A DNA stretch of 64,000 nucleotides from Eledone cirrhosa (taxonomy: Eukaryota). The stretch spans positions 12,152,001-12,216,000 of the forward strand of contig OZ024753.1 in assembly GCA_964016885.1 (NCBI GenBank). Reading direction: 5' to 3'. The notes under the pieces were generated by a model that searched no databases, was not told the origin of the DNA, and worked only from the letters and a program-made list of their open reading frames with translations. A program made the translations under genes and the position numbers. Positions within the stretch are counted from its first letter, which is position 1; every line of letters begins with the position of its first letter. Shown here one piece after another: positions 29,632 through 42,564 of the stretch.

Positions 29632-30655
29632 CATTCTTTATTAGCCACAAGGGCACAAAAGAAGGGGACAAATACAAATGAGGAGTTTACGTACAGGTAT
29701 ATGAAAATAAAACTATTAATAAAACAACAAATAACAATTGAAATCCCCAATAGGGGGGAGGTGTTGCACAGAGGTTATACACACCCCGAAAAAATGTACA
29801 ACCCTCATCTCCAGGAGCACCAAGAGTTAGTACTCCCTTCCTCTCTTCCTCTTTTTCCTCAACCTACAGGCTTATATAGAGAGAAGGCCCAACCACTCGG
29901 GCGTTCTTTGCCACATTCACCAACCTTTTATAAAATTTGCTGGGGTACAGCACCTCTCTCTCCATCCTGATTCTTCTTCCAAAATGATATTTGAAAAAAC
30001 GAATCAGTTGCTCGCCGGAGAGAAAGGTGTCTGACCTCAGACCTTTTAACCTCGTCCACCATATAACCTCTTTCACCATAGCCAAAACACATTGAAAACC
30101 GCCTCTCCCTCGTTTGTGAAGGAGGGTGGCGGTTTGATCATGACAATGGACTAGGTGGTCAACTGGATTGGTCCCACCCGCGACAATAGTCGTTCTACAT
30201 AGCCCCACAGGTCGGTAACGCCCGGGCAGTGTACAAATGCGTGTGCGACGGTTTCCTCGTCGCGCACGCATCTCGGACAGATCTTTCTCGAAGGGTCCCT
30301 ACTCGGGCGCCCGTGTCTGTAGAGCTTGTCTCGAACTGGTAGAGCTCCTCGGTAGCACTGCCAGGCCAGGGACTTTTGGAAGTTGTCCATTGGTCCCGGT
30401 CGGAAGGTCCTACCGAACAGACTGGCCAGTTCGTCCTCCTGTACGCCGAGAGTTTCTCCGAGCGTGTCGTCGCACTTGCTGCGGACCAACCCTCTATAGA
30501 ATATCGAAGTGGAGTCTCCACTGATCGCCGGGTTCGTTTGCCAGAGGACTGTGAGCGCCTGAGCACATTCGATATTCCAGTCGCCCATTTTCCTCGGTCT
30601 TTGCTTGACTTAGGTCTGCAGCTCGGTCAGCGAGACGAGTCGTGGGAAGGCTCGC
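29632..30655 (-). mobile_element. L1/Tx1-clade LINE 3' fragment (zf-RVT region plus 3' UTR)
   Basis: LAWQCYRGALPVRDKL...CPRC...EETVAHAFVHCP...LW motif. AATAAA on the minus strand near 29640; flanked by TA repeats. Confidence 0.85.
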
Positions 30656-31366
30656 ATATATATATAGAGAGATAGATAGATTGTGTTGGTGTGTATGCTT
30701 ACACAAGTATATTGTTTGTTTTTTCTGTTTTTCTGAATATTATTAATACTAGAATTTAAACATAAAATACGAAACATGATTAGAGGTTTTAGTAGTGTTC
30801 TCAACATATATACAGTAATCTCGAACAATAATACTTGCATAATCGCCAGTAATTAAACTAGGTGATACTAAATATGCCGTTAAACTGAATAAAAATGCGG
30901 AGAAGCAATAATTAATCAATATTCAATCCTGCAAGGCTGAGACAGAAATTAACAGCTTGCATTATATTGTGCAGCTGTAGATTTTACAGATGAACAATTT
31001 CTTAGTAATGAAAGACATTCGAAATAGTAGATCATTCAGCAATACAATGGAGAATTTTAACATTCTTACTAATAAATAATGGCTATTCTGTACTTTTATA
31101 TAGAAAGTATTCTGTAATATATTGCTTTAGAATAACAAGGAACGGTTTTAATGAGAGTAAATAATTGAGAGTTAGAAGGACAATCTCACAAACAGTTGTT
31201 ATTTTATTTCACATTTAAGAGATAAATAAACAACAAATTAGCAATTCGTATATATGGGGTCTAGTGTAACTTCTTGACTTTCTAGATACCAATTATTCCG
31301 TGCACCTTCTCAGATATTCTAACGTGTGTGTGTGTGTCATTACACGTGACCAATATAATTGTTGAT

Positions 31367-31725
31367 AATAATAATGGTTTCTTATATAGGCACAAGGCCA
31401 GCAATTTTTGGGGAGGGGAAAGTCGACTTAATCGATCAGTGCGTGACTGGTACTTTATTTTATCGACTCCCGTAAGGATAACAGGCAAAGTTAACCTCGG
31501 CGGGATTTGAACTCAGATCGTAAATGGCCATACCTCTATGCTGCAAAGCATGGCGTCCGACCCTCAACTGATATTGCCAATCCAATGATATTGATGTATG
31601 ACCGAAGATTTCGGTTTATTTCACAGTTAGTCTACTTTTGGCACAAGGCCAGCAATTATCCCAGTGCATTAATGGTACTTTATTTTATTGACCTAGTAAG
31701 TATGAAAGGCAAAGTTAACCTCGGC
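31367..31725 (-). mobile_element. Two adjacent Nin-domain SINEs (31367-31585 full; 31628-31725 partial)
   Basis: Reverse complement of the SINE consensus, twice. Confidence 0.85.
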
Positions 31726-31908
31726 TGATAGTAATAGCATGCAATAGATAGTATGTAACAATCCTGGTAATAAATAATATTTATTTCTTTAACATATCTA
31801 CACGACAACATTCATGCTGGTTTCAAATATCGAATGTACAGTTTGATATTTGAACATTTTCTGAGTTAAAATACAAAAAAAATAAAAGCAAAATTCACGT
31901 ATAACGAA

Positions 31909-32131
31909 ATAATTGTTTCTTATATAGGCACAAGATTAGTAATTTTGGGGGGAGAGGAAAGTCGATTAAAACGACCCCAGTGCGTGACTGGTACTTTATT
32001 TTATCGACCCCGCAAGGATGAAAGGCAAAGTTAACCTCGTCGGGATTTAAACTCAGATCATAAAGGACCGTAACTCTATGCTGCAAAGAATGGTGTCAGA
32101 CCGTCTACCGATACTGCCAATCTCCCGCCCT
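31909..32131 (-). mobile_element. Nin-domain SINE, long form
   Basis: Full head, core and tail. Confidence 0.9.
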
Positions 32132-32368
32132 TGTATAATGGAACATACGACAGTAATATTCACTTGAAAGAGAGGTACGTTACGTAAATAAAGTAAGTTA
32201 ACAATACTAGTTAGTCCGTCGTTTGTTAACGTCGAATACTATGTAATTATAATCTAATTCTCTGTGGACTTGTACCTACATATATATATATGTGTATAAC
32301 ATATATATATATGTTATACATATATATATGTTATATATACATATATGTATAATATATATATATATGTA

Positions 32369-33396
32369 CTAGCAGAGGTACCCGGCGTTGCTCAGGTATT
32401 AAAAAAGCAGTTGTGTATACCATTTATGCCAATACTTCAGTGCTACTTCGAAAACTATACTTTTACAAAATCATCGGCTTTTTCGAAAAGAGGGATCCTT
32501 TCCCAAGGGGTTCCCTATACAATAAATGCCAATTCTGAGAGTTCACATTCAATCTGTAGGACAAACGTAGCCCATGTGTCAAGTTTTGTGAAAATCGGTT
32601 GCGAACTCCAGAAGTTATGACGTTTTGTTGCATTGTACTGCAGTTCTTCAGTCGACTCCAAGGAAGTGGTTAAAGGGGGTTATCTGCCGGTAGGCCCTAT
32701 AATAAATATCTGTAAAAATGAAAGTGCCCATGACCATCCGAAGTACATATGTAACCTATGTCTTAAGCTTGGTGAAAATACTGTAGAAATGCATAAGGTT
32801 TATACACGCGCGCGTTCGTGTGTGTGTGTGGAGGGGGGGTATGTATTTATGTGTGCGTATGTCTGTGGATGTCCGTCGAGGCATACGTATGTACTGGCCT
32901 AAATCTTCACTATTTATTGTACTATTTTAATAACATCTGTCATTTTCGTTTTCAATATTATTTACATCATTCTTAAACACCGGGGCTGGAAATCATTCTG
33001 TTATGTTAAATAGAATATTAGTCTAACGACTCCATTTATACCATAAACTTGGTCTTGTCTTTGCATGAAATTGTTCTTCGCGATCCACATAACGACGTAT
33101 TATCCTCGCTTGTTTTCCCGTTCATTGCCAAGGAACGTCTTCACGAACCAAAATATCGTCTTCCTGTTTTGCCTCGGTTGGAACGTTTCTCGAAATATTT
33201 ACTTCTGCGTTCACAGATTACTCTCAGTTCAATTTGAATGGGAAATTCCTGTTTCATGGATTTTCTCCTTCTCGGGTCATTCTGCATAACTGTGTAAATT
33301 TTCGCTGTATTCCACCAAACCGTTTAGACGTTTATCCGGCTTAACCTACTTACTTAAATATACAACGTCCGACCACTTCACAATTTATATAGTAGA
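32369..33396 (-). mobile_element. Complete non-autonomous Helitron
   Basis: Minus-strand 5' end is A|TCTACTATATAAATTG. The 3' end is ACCTGAGCAACGCCGGGT...CTGCTAG|T, the same terminus type as 23350-23377. Inserted in a TA array. Confidence 0.85.
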
Positions 33397-33719
33397 TAAC
33401 ATATATATATATATATATGTTATACATATATATATATATAGTAGATAACATATATATATATATGTTATACATATATATATACATATAATATATATATATA
33501 TATATGTTATACATATATATATATAGTTATACATATATATATATATATATATATAGTTATACATATATATATATATACATATTATACATATATATATATG
33601 TTATACATATATATATATATACATATTATACATATATATGTTATACATATGTTATACATATATATATATCTATATATAGGTTATATATATATGTGTGTAT
33701 AACATATATATATATATAG

Positions 33720-33734
<15 letters not shown>

Positions 33735-33754
<20 letters not shown>

Positions 33755-34169
33755 AATAGTTAGAGAAGCAAAAAATTGTGATCCAGTTCTTGGTTAAGAA
33801 AGCCAGTTTCATGGATGGTTTCAACGTACGGTTAGGGGTAACTCCACAAGTTTGTAAGAATTCCGTTCAATCTTGGAGTATAAAGTATAAAAGAGAAAAC
33901 ACAGGTCAGCATTAGAGAAGGATTTTATCCAGGTATTTACGACCGTTTCATTGGTAAGTGCAACCTTATATTGCTATACTGCAATTAGCAGCCACTCAAT
34001 TATAATTGTTGTTCACAGTCCAAATTTTCAAAATAGTGAACAACAATTATAATTGAGTGGCTGTTATTTGCAGTTATAGCAACATAAGGTTGCACTTACC
34101 AATGAAACGGTCGTAAATACCTGGATAAAGTCCTTCTCTAATGCTTACCTGTGTTTTCTCTTTTATACT
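33735..34169. mobile_element. PLE-type pLTR fold-back (palindrome 33884-34169)
   Basis: Inverted arms of about 130 bp, each carrying the HHR 3' half GAAA-CGGTCG-TA. Homologous to the 42030-42498 element. Confidence 0.7.
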
Positions 34170-34417
34170 ACACAGGTTATATATATATATAAATATATTT
34201 ATCTTTGTGTGTGTATAATATATATATATATATGTGTGTGTGGGTATAACATATATATATATGTGTATAACACATATATATATTATATATATATATATAT
34301 GTGATTAACATATATATATATATTACATATATATATATGTTATATGTATATATATTATATATATTTTCTATATATATGTGTGTGTATGTGTGTGTATAAC
34401 ATATATATATAGGTTAT

Positions 34418-34613
34418 TATGTCAGGTCACTATTGAGTGCTACTGGTAACATGTAAACCAGTACAACCTGTCGCATGGTCGGGTCGTCGGCGACTAAACT
34501 GGCAACCCCACCAAGTGTACTTGGTTAGGGGGTGATTTTGGACACCCTGCAGAACAAAAAGCAAAACCTGACAAAGGGCGGAAGAACTAATTAGAGTCAA
34601 CGGCCATCCAAAA
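34418..34613 (+). repeat. Interspersed repeat (LINE 5'UTR/SINE-like), second copy at 44073-44270
   Basis: tatgtcaggtcac...ggtcgggtcgt.ggcgactaaactggcaa...gagtcaa..gccatccaaaa is shared. Confidence 0.8.
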
Positions 34614-34678
34614 ATGTGTAAATATGTATATACACATGTACATATGTATGTGTATGTATATGCGTGTGTATATGTCTA

Positions 34679-35376
34679 GGGCGTTAGGGAGGGGCATGTA
34701 CGTCTATAGGGAGGGCTAGCCATGCCCTTTTCATGACAGCCCGTCCTGCCTTGGGTCCCACCTGACACTCAGCTCTCACCTGTGGCCCCAAGAAGCTGTA
34801 GCATGCGAAAGCATCCATACCCCAGTAAACCGCCTTGGTTGGCGGGCTGTACCAGGTTGAGGGTAGCCGGACGGGCCTGAACCCCCCGGTGAGTTAGACA
34901 GGGGATCCCTGCCGTTGCATGCGAAGACTGGAGGAGGACAACATCGTCCCAACGGTCACAAAGGCGACGACAGCAAGCGTGTGGAGAGCTAGGGCAGGGC
35001 AAGGCACTACAGACGTCGTGGCCATCCACTGCAGCCAAGGAAGACCCTGGTCGTGACGGTCCTCCGTACCACCGGATTCTGGCTTCTGCGGCCGAGTGAG
35101 TGGGACCCTCACTGTGCACTGGCCCTCCCATTATAAACCTTTCCCGCACAGGTGTCTTCTTTAGCGTGCACTCCCTGCGGCGATGGGCGAGAGGTGGAGG
35201 TAACTGGTGGAGGTAACCTCTGGGAGTTGCCAGTCTGACTCCGGTCTCTTCCCCTGCCCCCGTCTCTAGGGACCTGCAAGTCAAGGATCGGCCTCCACAG
35301 CCACCTTCGTGCCAACGGCAGACGGGAACAACATTAAAGATGTCATCATCGTTTAGATGGACAACCAAGAAGGAGA
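34679..35376 (+). mobile_element. Non-autonomous bipartite RTE (BovB-like) derivative
   Basis: GC-rich non-coding 5' part joined to the remnant FPCP..R/TCKSRIGLHSHLRA* (RTE C-terminal zinc finger) and an RTE-type tail CATCATCGTTTAGATGGACAACCAAGAAG. Confidence 0.7.
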
Positions 35377-36033
35377 TAGGTTATATATAAATATATATAT
35401 ATAACCTATATATATATATATATATAGCATATATATACTGTATATATATAACATATATATACTGTATATATATATATATATAACATATATATACTGTATA
35501 TATAACATATATATACTGTATATATATATATATAACATATATATACTGTATATATAACATATATATACTGTATATATATGTTATATATATATATACAGTA
35601 TATAATGCTATATATATATATATACAGTATATATATGTTATATATATATATATATATATGCAGTATATATGTAGTATATATATGTTATATATGTTATATA
35701 TATATATATATATACAGTATATATGTAGTATATATATGTTATATATGTTATATATATATATATATATATACAGTATATATGTAGTATATATATGTTATAT
35801 ATATATATATAGATATATATACAGTATATATGTTACATATATATATAACATATATGTAGTATATATATGTTATATATATATATATATATATAGATATATA
35901 TACAGTATATATGTTATATATATATAATATATATGTTATATATATATATATATGTTATATATATATATATGTTATATATATATATATGTTATATATATAT
36001 ATACTGTGTATATATGTTATATATATATATATA

Positions 36034-36540
36034 TGAATATAGACATAGAATATTCGAAAATATTCTGTATGTTTATAATAAACATTTTGAAGACCTAATC
36101 GCTATAGAATAGAATACGTCACGTATTACAATTAGATTCTCGATAAATTAGAAATTGGAATAAATGCTCTGAAATAGCGATATATATGTGAATATAGACA
36201 TAGAATATTCGAAAATATTCTGTATGTTTATAATAAACATTTTGAAGACCGGCAACCGCTCTTTCAAACCAGTTCCTGTACACAGCTAAGTATTCTATAA
36301 GTCTCTAGCTGTGTCATTCTCGATAAAAGCACTGGATATGTAGTCCTGATGATTTCTAACAAGAATGAAACGCGTAGATTACTTCCCTTGCTTTTATCGA
36401 GAATCTAATTGTAATACGTGACGTATTCTATTCTATAGCGATTAGGTCTTCAAAATGTTTATTATAAACATACAGAATATTTTCGAATATTCTATGTCTA
36501 TATTCACATATATATCGCTATTTCAGAGCATTTATTCCAA
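36034..36540 (+). mobile_element. Fold-back ribozyme-bearing element (pLTR/retrozyme-like)
   Basis: Perfect ~96 bp inverted arms (36155-36250 / 36445-36540). 36034-36147 is an inverted copy of 36393-36506. Central HHR. Confidence 0.75.
36340..36382 (+). ncRNA. Minimal type I hammerhead ribozyme
   Basis: GTAGTC-CTGATGA-tTTCT aaca AGAAt-GAAA-CGCG-TA-GATTAC with a GUA cleavage triplet. Stem I extends past an internal loop by 16 bp (36316-36331 / 36389-36404). Confidence 0.85.
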
Positions 36541-37425
36541 TATATATATATATGTTATATATATATATGGTATATATATATATACAGTATATATATATAT
36601 ATATGTTATATATATATATATATATATATGTTATATATATATATGGTATATATATATATACAGTATATATATATATATATATGTTATATATATATATATA
36701 TATATGTTATATATATATATGTTATATATATATATGGTATATATATATATACAGTATATATATATATATATATGTTATATATATATATATATGTTCTATA
36801 TATATATATGTTATATATACTGTGTATATATATATATATATATGTTATATATATATACTGTGTATATATATATATATATGTTATATATATATATATATGT
36901 TATATATATATATATGTTATATATATATATGTTATATATACTGTATATATATATATATATAACATATATATACTGTATATATATATATATATATAACATA
37001 TATATACTGTATATATATATATATATATAACATATATATATACTGTATATATATATATATATATAACATATATATACTGTGTATATATATATATATATAT
37101 ATAACATATATATACTGTGTATATATATATATATATATAACATATATATACTGTGTATATATATATATATATAACATATATATATATGTAACATTTATAT
37201 ATATATATATATATATATAACATATTTATATATATATATAACATTTATATATATATATATAACATTTATATATATATATATATAACATATTTATATATAT
37301 ATATATATATATAACATATTTATATATATATATATATATATAACATATTTATATATATATATATATAACATATTTATATATATATATATATAACATATTT
37401 ATATATATATATATATATATATAAC

Positions 37426-37458
<33 letters not shown>

Positions 37459-37959
37459 ACTTATTTATATATATATATATATATATATAACTTATTATAT
37501 ATATATATATATATATATAACATATTTATATATATATATATATATATAACATATTTATATATATATATATATATAACATATTTATATATATATATATATA
37601 TAACATATTTATATATATATATAAACATATTTATATATATATATATAACATATTTATATGTATTTATATATATTAACATATTTATATGTATTTATATATA
37701 TTAACATATTTATATATATATATATATAACATAACATATATAAAACAGGATACACATAGGTAGATAGATAGACAGAACACAATCATTGTAATATAATGCA
37801 TATATGGTTGATAATGATTGAAGAAAAATGCATTGTCGTGCTAGGACTCGACAGTATTGTTTCTCGACTGTGTACCGAGATATTGAGCTGTATCGGTTGG
37901 ACACTGAAAGAGATATTCGTGTCTGTTTGGTGTCATATGAATATATTATGTGCGTATGT

Positions 37960-38317
37960 TAACACTGTTTACAATATAAACATTGTAGATCTTGATTGTC
38001 ATTCTAATATTGAAGACGATAAGATCTCTTTAAGAGTGAAAGCAGCGATTCTTTTCTTAAACTTTAATCTGTTATTTTAATAAATATTTTCTCTACGGTT
38101 CTTATATATTTGTTATATATTCATCCTTATCGAGCCCTCTTTCGATTTTAGTCTTCAAATTTATTATTATTATTAATATATATATATATATATTTATTAA
38201 AATAACAGATTAAAAGATTAAAGTTTAAGCAAATAATCGCTGCTTTCACCCTTAACGGGATCTTCTGAAACTCTTATCGAGCCCTCTTTGGATTTTAGTC
38301 TTCAATTTTATTATTAT

Positions 38318-38391
<74 letters not shown>

Positions 38392-38482
38392 CGTCTTCAG
38401 TATTAGAATGGCAATCAAGATCTACAAATGTTTACAATGTAAACATTTGTAGATCTTGATTGTCATTCTAATACTGAAGACG

Positions 38483-38484
<2 letters not shown>
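37960..38484. mobile_element. Cluster of direct and inverted pLTR-like repeats, including near-perfect palindrome 38390-38484
   Basis: 38020-38085 is the inverse of 38190-38265; 38126-38172 is approximately 38273-38318. A further copy lies at 21153-21225. Confidence 0.65.
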
Positions 38485-38532
<48 letters not shown>

Positions 38533-38534
38533 CA

Positions 38535-38827
38535 CCTTCTAATACAACGTAATATAATATTTGTATACAACAACTACAACGATACGCGATGGGCCCACCC
38601 ACAGCCCCGGCAGACAGAATGGAGAAGGCGTTTCCCCGGAGGAGGACGGCAAGGGAGACGCCCTGGAAAAACCACTCCAACTCGCGGGGCTCACACCTGC
38701 GGCTTGCCAGCTCAGCGCCTATGGTGGTGAGTAAGGAGGTAGCCCTGGGGCCGAGGACACCAGAAGTCTCCACTGCCAGGGGTACGACCGCAAACCTGTC
38801 GGAGAGCGACCGGTATTTGAGCAGTTT
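38535..38827 (-). mobile_element. CRE-clade non-LTR retrotransposon 3' fragment
   Basis: KYRSLSDRFAVVPLAVETSGVLGPRA...IGAELA...EPRE...FQGVSLAV.LRGNAFSIL, typical of the CRE REL endonuclease C-terminus. Confidence 0.8.
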
Positions 38828-38855
38828 ATATATTTCGAAGTTCTATTAATATAAT

Positions 38856-39046
38856 TGTTTCAACTTCTGGCACAAGGCAGCAAGTACCCAGTGCATTACT
38901 GGTACTTTATTTATCGACCCCGTAAGGATGAAAGGCAAAGTTAACCTCGACGGGATTTTAACTCAGAATGGCAAGGGCCGTAACTATATACGTCAAAGCA
39001 TGGCGTCCGACCCTCTACCAATACTGCCAATCTACCGACCGAGGGG
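38856..39046 (-). mobile_element. Nin-domain SINE
   Basis: 15 bp TSD TTCTATTAATATAAT. Confidence 0.9.
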
Positions 39047-39779
39047 TTCTATTAATATAATGTTTGTTTACCAATCTGGTGCTTACACTCTTAAACATCG
39101 CAAAGAAATGTAAATAATGTATACAAAATAGGTATTATAATAAAGGAAGTGAGATAATTCTTCAGAACATTTCATTAACATTATTGCTTAGGGGATAAGG
39201 AGAAAGCTATTGTCTGATGTTTGTGATGTAAAGCATTATAACAAGATGTACTTGAAACATTTATCTGGAGGTTTCTCTGTAGTATTTCAGATCTACTTTC
39301 GTTCAGCTTATGAATTTGTCTCTTAAAACATAATGGATATAAAGAAAAACATTATTTCAGAGAAATATGACCATACAACTCAATCATAACAGTACACACT
39401 ATTCCAACGATTTATTTATTCATAATACGAATAATTACTGAAAACCAAATACGATAGTACAATAGATAAACAAATTTTGAGGGGAAATATAGAAAATTAT
39501 TGACTTTATTTCCTCATTAAATATAATTAATTTTCATTTGTTTATATTGCGTGAATAACAGAATGCTAGAATTATGCTAAATCGCTGACAATCATAATTA
39601 TATTCGCACTCATATAATTATCAAAACACATTACGTAAATTCAAAACAAAAGATTGATTGTCAAGACCGAAATAACCTATATGTCAATGAATATATACAC
39701 GGAAATCTGTATGCTTATATCATTGTAAATAGGATTTAAATGTAAATTTGAATCTCGTAAAATCAATGTAAATTATTTC

Positions 39780-40115
39780 AGTTTAAAATATATTATTATT
39801 GCCATATACACAGATTAAATCATGAAAAAAGAAATATAGTTTTTCATAGTATCGTTTACATCATTCACACACTCTGAATACATATATGATTGTAGATATA
39901 TACACACAAGAACATATACAGGCACACCCTATAAATATGTATGTGTAATTGAGTTTAAAATATATTATTATTGCGATATATACAGATTAAATAATGAACA
40001 AAGCAATACAGTTTTCATAGTATTGTTAACATCTTTCACACACTCTGAATATACATATTATTGTACACATATACGCACGAACATATACACGTACATCCTA
40101 TAACTATGACTGTGT
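39780..40115. repeat. Diverged tandem duplication, ~172 bp unit
   Basis: agtttaaaatatattattattgc...cacacactctgaata at 39780 and 39952. Confidence 0.85.
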
Positions 40116-40323
40116 TTTTCGTAGGGTGAGAGAGAGAGCGTTGGGTGTGTGTGTGTGTGAGACAGAGCCTATTTGGGTGTGAGAGAACGTGTCTGTGTGT
40201 CAGCCTATCGGTGTGTGACCCCGTCTGTGTGAATGTGCTCGTATATGTATAAATGATAAAGAACTTAATCCATATTTAACAAAGTATGTGATTCCTATTT
40301 TGAAACACATCATTATTATCGGT

Positions 40324-40695
40324 AGAGGGGTGTTGATTTGTCAGTATCGGTACAGGGTCGGACGCCATGCTTTGACGCATAGTTACGGCCCTTGCCATTC
40401 TGAGTTCAAATCCCGCCGAGGTTAACTTTGCTTTTCCTCCTTACGGGGTCGATAAAATAAAGTACCAGTAATACACTGGTTAATTGCTGGCCTTGTGCCA
40501 AAAGTAGAAACAATTATTATCGGTTGAAGGTCGGACGTCATGCTTTGCAGCAAAGAGTTACAGCCCTTTATGATCTGAGTTCAAATCCCGCCAAGGTTAA
40601 CTTTGCTTTTCATCCTTACGGGGTTGATAAAATAAAGTACCAGTAATGTAATGAGTAATTTGCTGGCCTTGTGTCAAAATTAGAACGAATTATTA
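40324..40695 (+). mobile_element. Two tandem Nin-domain SINEs
   Basis: The first unit is flanked by ATTATTATCGGT repeats, i.e. inserted at the 5' edge of the second. Confidence 0.85.
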
Positions 40696-40825
40696 TAATT
40701 ATGTACTCACGTGCTTGCACAGCCAGAAATATAAAGGTAATACGCACACATTCATACGCACGTTATTGCAAAAACACTCGAACACACGCACGCACGCACA
40801 CACACACGCACACACACACACTTTA

Positions 40826-41407
40826 TTCCGGGTTCAATCGGGGGTAACCGCAGTAACTAAGTTACTCAATAGATTGCAGAGTATAAATATTTTAATATAG
40901 AAAAGCTTTTTGGGGTGCTTCCCCTTATTGTGAAGTTTCTCTTAAATTATATTCCAGGTGTCAACAAGCACATTCACACACGCGCCCACTTACACAGACA
41001 AACTTCACAATAAGGGGAAGCACCCCAACACTTGAACCTGTTTCTAGAACCCTTTCTGCCTTTGACACCTTTATTTCAGCCTCAAAGAATTAGCTTCTAA
41101 AGAATTTCCATTGTCTTTAAACCAATGAACCCCACCCATCCATAAGACACCTGTCTTACAGGCAGTGTTAGTCTAAGTGATAAACAAGGATTGGTATTCC
41201 AAATTTGAATTTGTTTACAGTATTCTTTCTGCCTTTGTTAATATTATAGCTTTAAAGTATTAGCTTTTAATGAACTCCCTTTTCTTTAAATGCATCAACC
41301 AATGACCGCCACCCATACCAATACGCACCCTCTCCTACCACCAGAGAGCTTCCTGGTGATTTCTCACGAATGAAACAGTCCTAGTCCTGTAGAAACTCTT
41401 CTATATT

Positions 41408-41412
<5 letters not shown>
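40826..41412 (+). mobile_element. pLTR-like element with inverted repeats and a degenerate HHR (41345-41399)
   Basis: Perfect ~28 bp IR at 40909-40937 / 40999-41028, an internal ~100 bp direct repeat, and AGAGCTTC-CTGGTGA-tTTC tcac GAAt-GAAA-CAG..CTG-TA-GAAACTCT. Confidence 0.6.
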
Positions 41413-41448
<36 letters not shown>

Positions 41449-41596
41449 TTCAAGAGTAACCAATCTTAAAGAGAGAGACGGAGATAGGAGAGGAGAGGAG
41501 AGATTGGTGAATTAGTTAGAAGCCAAAAGCGTAATATGCAGTGGAAGGCAGCTAGATGGCTGGGTTCATGCAGAGGTTTGGTGCACAGAGCTGGAA

Positions 41597-42011
41597 ATAT
41601 TCATTAGTTAAGCAAAACAAAACCACAAATTTCACAAGGAAGACATTATTAAAAGATTGTCAACATATTTTAGTTTGATTAAGGAATGTGGATAATAATA
41701 ATAATAATAATATTAATAATTGTTTCTACTTTAGGCACAAAGCCAGCAATTACCCAGTGTATTACTGGTACTTTATTTTATCGACCCCGTAAGGATGAAA
41801 GGCAAAGTTAACCTCGGCGCGATTTGAAGTCAGACCGTAAAGGGACGTAACTATGCTGGAAAGCTGTCCGTTTACAATTGTTTCGCTACTACATAAAATA
41901 TTTCTGGATCAAATGTCTACATTCCTTACATCAATCTAAAATATGTTGACAATCTTTTAATAATGTCTTCTTTGTGAAATTTGTGGTCTTGTTTTGCTTA
42001 ACTAATGAATA
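41597..42011. repeat. ~95 bp inverted repeat pair enclosing a truncated SINE (41717-41866, minus)
   Basis: 41597-41692 is the inverse of 41916-42011. The minus strand carries GAAA-CAATTG-TA (HHR 3' half) at about 41872-41884. Confidence 0.75.
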
Positions 42012-42029
42012 TATATATATATATATTAG

Positions 42030-42494
42030 GTATAGGATTATCCTAGATGTAGTAATGGTTAATTACTACACTGGATATGGTTGACGTACGGTGAGATGTT
42101 ACTCTACGAGTTATGGAATAATTGTTGAAGAAACTTAGTTCTTGATCCTTCTGTATTCCGGAGTGTGTACAAAGAATGAATAATAACAGACATCATAAAA
42201 AGGTAATTTATTCCGTGTGCTTACAAATGTTTCCACGGTGGTAATACAGCCTAGTTATGCTATGTGCAAATTTACAACTATTTGCAGAACTCAAATATCC
42301 AATGCTGTGACCACTGTATCATCAGAGCAGGATTCTGCTCTGATGATACAGTGGTCACAGCATTGGATATTTGAGTTCTGCAAATAGTTGTAAATTTGCA
42401 CATAGCATAACTAGGCTGTATTACCACCGTGGAAACATTTGTAAGCACACGGAATAAATTACCTTTTTATGATGTCTACCTGTTATTATTCATT

Positions 42495-42498
<4 letters not shown>
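42030..42498. mobile_element. pLTR fold-back with near-perfect ~160 bp arms (42171-42498)
   Basis: Axis at agagcag-gatt-ctgctct (about 42332). The arms are identical except for a small indel. Confidence 0.8.
42336..42447 (+). ncRNA. Hammerhead ribozyme with long loop II insertion (mirror copy on minus, ~42218-42329)
   Basis: TGCT-CTGATGA-TACAGTGGT-[~67 nt]-ACCACCGTG-GAAA-CATTTG-TA-AGCA with a GUA triplet. Confidence 0.65.

Positions 42499-42564
<66 letters not shown>

Larger units (their letters stand above)
35380..37740. repeat. TA-based arrays (TAAC/TACTG variants) flanking the ribozyme island
   Basis: Direct inspection. Unit polarity flips near 35575 and between about 36820 and 36960. 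Confidence 0.9.

Noticed and set aside
34425-34505. HDV-like ribozyme at the start of the 34418/44073 repeat (CCAGT/ACTGG, CTAA, ACC/GGT)
   Set aside because: I could not place P1 and P1.1 in the required order.
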